64,000 nt of DNA, taken from positions 31,304 through 95,303 of the forward strand of contig SVAW01000002.1 of the NCBI GenBank assembly GCA_015059195.1. Direction: 5' to 3'. Below the pieces are notes generated by a model. That model was given only the letters and a program-made list of their open reading frames with translations. It made no database searches and was not told the origin of the DNA. Shown here piece by piece: positions 56,131-64,000 of the stretch. The translations under genes were made by a program, and so were the position numbers. The number at the start of each line of letters is the position of its first letter. Within the stretch, counting starts at the first letter, position 1. The stretch comes from Bacillota bacterium (GTDB taxonomy: Bacteria; Bacillota_I; Bacilli_A; RF39; UBA660).

Positions 56131-57720
56131 CTATTTTAATTTAAATCTATACACATTATTTCTAACCCTAAATACTAAATTAACTGATTCAGATAATAAT
56201 ACTTCACTTTTGATTTCAAAGTAATAATTTTTATCTGTATGTGTTGTATTTATGGCATTGTGAATTAATTGTTTTTTAATTAACCCATCTACCTCATATT
56301 CAAGACTACCAAATAAAGTAACAAGTTGTTTTAAATTAAACAGTGCGTTATCTGGCGTATTTAAACTCATGTTTAACTTTAAAACCGCTTTATCTTCAAT
56401 TCCAGACAAAGCCGGTTGCACCACATCGTAAAAGGTGTAACACTCCGTTAATGTAATACATTTTTCATAATATAATTTTGCCTTTTTTGCAATTTCAAAT
56501 TCATTTAATCTTAATTCATAATTAGCAAGTATCCCTGTTCCTACCATATAATTCTGATTTAAATTAATTACATCTTCAATTCCTGCTTTTTCTAACACCA
56601 CTGGATTTATTCTAACGATAATAGCATCGCTTTTATCTTTAAATACTCCCTCTACAACTTGTTCAGTATAAACAAGTTTCATTTCATTTTCTATTAATAC
56701 TTTTGGAACTTCATACACTAGTAAATATTCTTGAAATTCCTCAGTTAAATTTTGATTTATATATGTTATTCCTAAATCCTTAAGTTTGTCTGAATATGTA
56801 TTTATATGATAATACTTATATTCCCCAATTTGCAAAGACAATTTGCCAAAAATAAATTTAGGTGTTTTATTCAGAGACTTTATTTTGAATTTTACCACCA
56901 CTAAAGATTTATCATCAGTAGTTACTTTATTTAAACGATAATCTTTGTCAGTTATATAACTTTCTATAACTGTAATATTATAATTTAGTGGGGAAAACAT
57001 TTGACCCGTATTATACACAACATCTCTTTCAAATAATCCAATTACTAAAACCAAACCAAATAATGAAGTACCCACACAACTTAAAATAATAATTGTTAAC
57101 TTATTTTCTATAAAATAGTACTTCAAATTTCGATAAAATCTTCGAAATTTTGTTTTTAATGTGTTAGAATCAAAATCAATATTTACTTCAAACTCTTCAT
57201 TATCTAAATCAGAAATGTTTAGCTCTTGCATATCTTGATTAAAGTCAAACTTCTTCACATCCAAGCCGATAGAACGCACTAAAGATATTAACAAAGAATA
57301 TACTTGAAATACAAAAATAATATTTAAGAAATCTCTAATAGCTCGAGTAATTCTCTCATCTACTAATCCTTCTTGCATATCGCCTATGGTAGAAACCGCA
57401 TAAATATAAAGCACAATCAACAATGTATAACCTAATATATTTAACATATAATAAAATTTAGGTTTATTTTTGAAAATCATCAATATTAAAATAACTAAAG
57501 ACACAAAAATAATTATTGCTGATAAAAGGTAAGTATAATTATTAAACAAATTATTTACGGTCGCAGTTCCAATGATAGCTTGACCAGAACTGATAAAATC
57601 TTTAAAAAATTCTAATAGTGTATTTGTTTGATAAATAAGAATTCCCATACAAAATGTCATGATTAAATGAATTAACTTAAAATGTTTGATTAAAAATGCA
57701 TATGGTTTTCTTAATATCAT
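56131..57720 (-). CDS. Polytopic membrane protein with a large extracytoplasmic C-terminal domain
   Basis: About 5 N-terminal TM helices, an acidic loop, one more TM segment (IIILSCVGTSLFGLVLVIGLF), then a soluble domain of about 300 aa. I recognised no family. Confidence 0.5.
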   Translation of the reverse strand: MILRKPYAFLIKHFKLIHLIMTFCMGILIYQTNTLLEFFKDFISSGQAIIGTATVNNLFNNYTYLLSAIIIFVSLVILILMIFKNKPKFYYMLNILGYTLLIVLYIYAVSTIGDMQEGLVDERITRAIRDFLNIIFVFQVYSLLISLVRSIGLDVKKFDFNQDMQELNISDLDNEEFEVNIDFDSNTLKTKFRRFYRNLKYYFIENKLTIIILSCVGTSLFGLVLVIGLFERDVVYNTGQMFSPLNYNITVIESYITDKDYRLNKVTTDDKSLVVVKFKIKSLNKTPKFIFGKLSLQIGEYKYYHINTYSDKLKDLGITYINQNLTEEFQEYLLVYEVPKVLIENEMKLVYTEQVVEGVFKDKSDAIIVRINPVVLEKAGIEDVINLNQNYMVGTGILANYELRLNEFEIAKKAKLYYEKCITLTECYTFYDVVQPALSGIEDKAVLKLNMSLNTPDNALFNLKQLVTLFGSLEYEVDGLIKKQLIHNAINTTHTDKNYYFEIKSEVLLSESVNLVFRVRNNVYRFKLK

Positions 57721-57883
57721 AACGACACCTCTCTATTCTAATAATAGTATACCTTATTTTTTCTAAAAAAAAAAGAACTAATAGAATTTCGAAAGCTTAG
57801 CACTTATAGTATTAACAAAAAAACGCACCTTTATCAGATGCATTCTATACTTTTACTCGAATATTATCGAGGAAATATCAATT

Positions 57884-57968
57884 TGGTACCGGTAGTCGGA
57901 CTCGAACCGACACGGGATAACCCACTTGATTTTGAGTCAAGCATGACTACCAATTCCATCATACCGGC
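57884..57968 (-). tRNA. tRNA-Leu (anticodon CAA)
   Basis: Minus strand reads GCCGGTATGATGGAATTGGTAGTCATGCTTGACTCAAAATCAAGTGGGTTATCCCGTGTCGGTTCGAGTCCGACTACCGGTACCA. It folds as a cloverleaf with anticodon loop CTCAAAA, a long variable arm, T-loop GGTTCGAGTCC and an encoded CCA. Confidence 0.93.
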
Positions 57969-57978
57969 AGATTAGAGG

Positions 57979-58542
57979 TTATTCCTCTTCTTTGTACTTA
58001 GATTCAAAAAGGTTTTGTTCATCATCAATAACTTCTTCATCAAAATCTATTTTAGGCAGCTCTTCTAAAGAAGATAATCCAAAATAGTCTAAAAATTTCG
58101 AAGTTGTAGAATATAGAATCGGTCTACCAGGAAGCTCTGATCTGCCAGATTCTATAACAAGTTCTTTTAACACTAACCTTCTTAAAGCATAGCTGCTATT
58201 AACTCCTCGTATTTCATCTATTTGAATTCGAGTTATAGGTTCATTATACGCGATAATTGCCAAAGTTTCAAGTGCTGATTGACTTAAAACTGCACTTTCT
58301 TCTGTTTCTACTAAACGTTCTATATATTCTTTACACTCTTTTTTTGTTACAAATTTATAGTGTCCACCTAAAAATTCTAATGATATACCGTGTTTTTCAC
58401 CATTATATTCGTTTTTTAAAACATTAATGAGATTTAAAGCATTTTCTTCCGCTATATCCAACACATCTGTAATTTGCTTTAAATCCAACCCTTCATCGCC
58501 TGAAACAAATATAATACTTTCTAATGCACTAACTAAATTCAT
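57979..58542 (-). CDS. scpB: Segregation and condensation protein B
   Basis: ALESIIFVSGDEGL...LSQSALETLAIIAYNEPITRIQIDEIRGV. The ATG at 58542 lies 1 nt after the scpA stop. Confidence 0.92.
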   Translation of the reverse strand: MNLVSALESIIFVSGDEGLDLKQITDVLDIAEENALNLINVLKNEYNGEKHGISLEFLGGHYKFVTKKECKEYIERLVETEESAVLSQSALETLAIIAYNEPITRIQIDEIRGVNSSYALRRLVLKELVIESGRSELPGRPILYSTTSKFLDYFGLSSLEELPKIDFDEEVIDDEQNLFESKYKEEE

Positions 58543-58543
58543 A

Positions 58544-59284
58544 TTATTCACAACCTTTTGATAGTAAATATATTTTTTCAAAATTATTTTCTTGTTCTAT
58601 TGTCAATTCTTGTTTTTTTGCTAGATTCAATATTGACAAAAATGTAACAACAATATAATTCTTACTGAACTCTTCAAACAATTCATCAAAATAAATTCTT
58701 TTTTTATTTCTTAAAATATTTCTGATTTCACTACTTCTTGCACTAACAGAATATTCTTTAGTAGTAATTTTAGTATTTAATGGTTTCTCTAATTCTTTTC
58801 TTTCCAAGAATTTTTTAAACGCCAATAATAAATCATCTACATTTCCTGATTCAAAATCATTATTATTTTGTCGAAACTCACTTAAATTGCTCGGTTCTTT
58901 TGTATAAAAGGCTTTCCTTGCAGATTCTAACACCTTAAATTCCTCAGTAACTTCTTTATAACGCTGATATTCTAATAACCTTTTAATCAACTTTTCTCTA
59001 GGATCTTCCTCATAATTATCGTCTTCTTGTTTAGGTTTTGGTAACAACATATTAGACTTCATCTCTAACAATTCCGCAGCCATTATCAAATATTCACTAG
59101 CAATATTCAAATTCATCTCTTCCATTTTATTGATATAATCCATGTATTGCTTTGTAATATCTAAAATACTAATATCGCAAATATCAATATCTGATTGTTT
59201 GATTAAATGTAGCAGCAAATCTAATGGTCCTTCAAAATTATCAATAGTTACTGTATACTCCATATTATCTCTCCTAGATACCAA
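58544..59284 (-). CDS. scpA: Segregation and condensation protein A
   Basis: FEGPLDLLLHLIKQSDIDICDISILDITKQY. The start could instead be the ATG at 59263. Confidence 0.92.
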   Translation of the reverse strand: MVSRRDNMEYTVTIDNFEGPLDLLLHLIKQSDIDICDISILDITKQYMDYINKMEEMNLNIASEYLIMAAELLEMKSNMLLPKPKQEDDNYEEDPREKLIKRLLEYQRYKEVTEEFKVLESARKAFYTKEPSNLSEFRQNNNDFESGNVDDLLLAFKKFLERKELEKPLNTKITTKEYSVSARSSEIRNILRNKKRIYFDELFEEFSKNYIVVTFLSILNLAKKQELTIEQENNFEKIYLLSKGCE

Positions 59285-59334
59285 GTATTATAACATTTCT
59301 ACAAAAAAAAAGAAAGTTTTACCTTTCAATTAAA

Positions 59335-59964
59335 CTACTTTTGAGAGCTAAGTTTAAAAAAATTATAAATTTTTTCATAAATAAACTCCCAATCATTATC
59401 TAACGCTTCTTTAATTTCTCTAATTATTTTATCATAATCGTTTTCGTGCTGATCAAAACATTCGAAATATAGATACTTTAGTTTTTCATAATTATCTTTT
59501 TTCAACTGTTTTAATATATAATCGTAAATTCTTAACTCTTTCCTAGTTTTAAAATTTTCCTTTTCTTTATATTTAATAATGTTATATAAAATTGGGCTAT
59601 CACCAATATGTTCACAAACTTCTAAAACATCAACTTCTTCATCTACCAACAGTTTGCTAATACGACTCTTTACCCCATTTTTATCAAATTCAATAGCTAT
59701 AACATCCTTATCATCTGCAAATAAACATACATACTTTAGAATTCTTACACTGTGCCCCGTAAATATTTCTGTCTTATTTAATATTTGCTTTAACGCATCT
59801 TCACCAAGTCTAATTTTGTGTTTTTTTATATCTACAAGTGCATCACTACTAACCTTTAATAATGGCACCTTTCTGATGTGAGTAATTGTGTCACCTAGTT
59901 CCCACTCATAAAAATCATAAATCTCTTTCTGTAAATTAATCAAAATATCATAAATGTAGTTCAT
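59335..59964 (-). CDS. Hypothetical protein
   Basis: A 209-aa ORF with no motif I recognise. It is conserved-looking and cytoplasmic. Confidence 0.4.
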   Translation of the reverse strand: MNYIYDILINLQKEIYDFYEWELGDTITHIRKVPLLKVSSDALVDIKKHKIRLGEDALKQILNKTEIFTGHSVRILKYVCLFADDKDVIAIEFDKNGVKSRISKLLVDEEVDVLEVCEHIGDSPILYNIIKYKEKENFKTRKELRIYDYILKQLKKDNYEKLKYLYFECFDQHENDYDKIIREIKEALDNDWEFIYEKIYNFFKLSSQK

Positions 59965-60172
59965 TATAGTTCCCTCCAGGTATCATTACTACTAAAAACA
60001 TAATCAAAAATCCGAAAAATGCACATAAACATTCAAACTTCCTAATTATAAAGTTTACATATTCTAAAAAATTATACCCTATAGAAAATAAATTTAAATA
60101 GCTTATTATATATACACTACCTATTACAGTTAAACCAAATCCTATTAAAAAAAAGAATACGCGAGCCAACAT
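59948..60172 (-). CDS. Small membrane protein
   Basis: 74 aa with two hydrophobic helices. It overlaps the downstream ORF start. Confidence 0.35.
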   Translation of the reverse strand: MLARVFFFLIGFGLTVIGSVYIISYLNLFSIGYNFLEYVNFIIRKFECLCAFFGFLIMFLVVMIPGGNYNELHL

Positions 60173-60266
60173 TTAACCACCTAATAAATTTTATTCAGTT
60201 TTAAATTGTTTATTTCTCTAATGCATAATAATACTGTGTATGGTTAAGAATAAAAATGGTGATAAT

Positions 60267-60779
60267 ATGCTTTTAAGTCTATGTTTAAAAATATTTTTTG
60301 TAAGAATTTTAGACGTTTCTTTAGGAACTATTCGTACAATTATTTCAGTTAAAGGTCAAAATTTATTAGCTAGCATTATTGGATTTATAGAAATTACTAT
60401 TTGGTTTTTAGTTGTTAAAGAGGCAATCAATACTGACAATAACAGTTTATGGATTGTATTTTCATATGCTTCAGGATTTTCTGTTGGCACATATATTGGT
60501 GGACTACTATCTAGTCACTTTATTGAAGGTAATCTGGGAGTCCAAATTATTACAGGGGAACATAATTATGAATTAATTAATATATTAAGAAGTGCGGGTT
60601 ATGGCGTATCAGTAATTGATGTTAAAGGACAAAATAATACAAGCAAGTATATGCTGTTTACTGAAATAAACAACAAACGTTTTAACCATTTAAAAGAATT
60701 AGTTAAAAATAATGACCCTAGGGCCTTCGTTGTAGTCAATGAAACCAAATATGTACAAAATGGTTATATTAAAAAATAA
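60267..60779 (+). CDS. UPF0316/DUF2179 family membrane protein
   Basis: MLLSLCLKIFFVRILDVSLGTIRTIISVKGQ is the typical N-terminus of the family. The ATG at 60267 follows GGTGA. Confidence 0.7.
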   Translation: MLLSLCLKIFFVRILDVSLGTIRTIISVKGQNLLASIIGFIEITIWFLVVKEAINTDNNSLWIVFSYASGFSVGTYIGGLLSSHFIEGNLGVQIITGEHNYELINILRSAGYGVSVIDVKGQNNTSKYMLFTEINNKRFNHLKELVKNNDPRAFVVVNETKYVQNGYIKK

Positions 60780-60822
60780 TGACAAAAAAAAACTAATTTG
60801 ATATAATCATTTTGGTGATTAC

Positions 60823-61125
60823 ATGAAAAATTTTACAATGAAAGATGAAAACTTTATTTGTGAATACTGTGGTAAATCAGTTGAAAAATTAAACTATACT
60901 GCAAGAGACCATTGCCCATATTGTTTATACTCTAAACACGTTGATATTATGCCAGGAGATAGGGAAAATAAGTGTAAGGGTCTTCTAAAACCAATAAAAT
61001 TAGAAAAATTCAAAAACACATATAAAATCATATATCAATGTGAAACATGTAAAACTCTTCACAAAAATATCATCGCCAATGACGATGATATGAATCTAAT
61101 TATAGAATTATCAAAAAATCCCTAA
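60823..61125 (+). CDS. RNHCP-domain zinc-ribbon protein
   Basis: FICEYCGK...ARDHCPYCLYSKHVD...CETCK gives the Cys pairs and an RDHCP variant of the RNHCP motif. Confidence 0.7.
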   Translation: MKNFTMKDENFICEYCGKSVEKLNYTARDHCPYCLYSKHVDIMPGDRENKCKGLLKPIKLEKFKNTYKIIYQCETCKTLHKNIIANDDDMNLIIELSKNP

Positions 61126-61135
61126 TGGGATTTTT

Positions 61136-61519
61136 TTAAAATAACTTTGAAATATATGGCAGTACAATGATAAATGTTGCAAGCAAAATAAATAAAACAA
61201 TAATAAATCCTAACCCAGATTTTGCTTCTTCATCTGGTTCTTCTACTTCTACTTTAGATTCTACTTTTTCAGGTTTGATTGGAGCATATTCTACATTATC
61301 TAAGTTGTGCATCATAACACGCTCAGTCTGATTATTATCTATATTATCTGGTGCGCTTATATCTAAACCCGTAGTTGTTGTGTCTGTAAGAACAGCATTA
61401 TTTGAAGTCTCTGGTTCATTTCGTAACCCAATACTAACATTTTTGATTGGCGATATTTTAATCGTATTATCTTCTACTTCATCTAATATTTCAATAACTT
61501 CTTCATCACTCATACCCAT
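61136..61519 (-). CDS. Acidic tail-anchored membrane protein
   Basis: 127 aa. The N-terminal region is acidic and low-complexity, and the C-terminal TM segment is GLGFIIVLFILLATFIIVLPYI. Confidence 0.4.
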   Translation of the reverse strand: MGMSDEEVIEILDEVEDNTIKISPIKNVSIGLRNEPETSNNAVLTDTTTTGLDISAPDNIDNNQTERVMMHNLDNVEYAPIKPEKVESKVEVEEPDEEAKSGLGFIIVLFILLATFIIVLPYISKLF

Positions 61520-61571
61520 TCTCTCCTCTTATATTAAATTATAACAAAAATTCTATAAAAATGGAATTTTT

Positions 61572-63608
<2,037 letters not shown>

Positions 63609-63628
63609 TCAAAAAGAAAAAGTTATGG

Positions 63629-64000
63629 TTAATTCCATAACTTATCAGGGTAAATTCCTTCTTCTATTAATTTATTTATCCCTTCTACCAATTCAACTTT
63701 ATCCTCTTTATATGTAATTCCTTGCCATATTGCTGTGGTTGGTAAAACCTTTACTGTTGCCATCCCCTTAGAAACTAAATCGCATACAACATCTGGCATT
63801 AAAAACTCACCCTTTTGCAAATCTACATTTTCATTTTTAAAAAATTCTTGAAAACCATTTTCTAAATACTCCATCATTTTAGTTGTAAACACAAACATAT
63901 TCATTGATACTAAAGAATCTACTGAAACATAAAATTCTGAACTGCCATTAAGAGGAGTGGCCTTTATTTTATTACCTTCTCTTTCAACAGAACTTTCTAC
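63629..64000 (-). CDS. Nucleotidyltransferase-like protein, C-terminal part (ORF open to window end)
   Basis: The frame stays open upstream of the track's Met, through position 64000. The C-terminus ...VKVLPTTAIWQGITYKEDKVELVEGINKLIEEGIYPDKLW resembles sugar-phosphate nucleotidyltransferase family C-termini. Confidence 0.4.
   Translation of the reverse strand, partial: VESSVEREGNKIKATPLNGSSEFYVSVDSLVSMNMFVFTTKMMEYLENGFQEFFKNENVDLQKGEFLMPDVVCDLVSKGMATVKVLPTTAIWQGITYKEDKVELVEGINKLIEEGIYPDKLWN

Noticed and set aside
39650-57968. Interpreting the Tad/T4SS cluster as an active integrative conjugative element or plasmid insertion
   Set aside because: The window contains no integrase or recombinase, relaxase, Rep/Par genes, excisionase, cargo or resistance genes, or direct repeat of the adjacent tRNA-Leu 3' end. 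No compositional break is visible by eye. An eroded ancient ICE origin remains possible and is listed as a separate finding.

Overview
The window is chromosomal DNA from a low-GC, spore-forming Firmicute. Almost all genes are on the minus strand, and the housekeeping gene order resembles Bacillus: valS / ysxE-like / spoVID-like / lon; rny / recA / pgsA / rodZ; rnpB / gpsB; recU-ponA; nth / dnaD / cca / hbs / spoIVA; spoVIF / der / engB; ssrA ... smpB / rnr; rmuC; scpB / scpA; ligA. Four structured RNAs can be read directly: a T-box leader, a type-B RNase P RNA, a tmRNA and tRNA-Leu(CAA). I saw no CRISPR array, transposase, integrase or phage genes.

The main finding is a tightly packed, single-strand cluster of about 18 kb and 19 genes (about 39.65-57.72 kb). 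It joins a complete Tad/Flp (type IVc) pilus module directly to a Gram-positive-type type IV secretion module.
- Tad module: CpaB, TadA/CpaF ATPase, TadB, TadC, a Flp-like pilin, two paralogous minor-pilin-like proteins and a TadZ-like protein with a degenerate P-loop.
- T4SS module: two VirB2-like two-helix proteins, VirB6/TrbL-like, VirB3/PrgI-like, a VirB4 split into two coupled ORFs, an M23 wall hydrolase, a lipoprotein and a VirD4 coupling ATPase.
- The window contains no relaxase, integrase, replication or partition gene and no att-like repeat. By eye the composition matches the flanks.

The VirB2-like Cys-containing two-helix module recurs twice elsewhere in the window, each time as the C-terminal anchor of a large secreted Cys-rich protein (10499-11743 and 36424-37578). 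Several other surface-protein paralogs sit between otherwise conserved core gene pairs. All functional calls come from motif and synteny recognition by eye. No searches were run.
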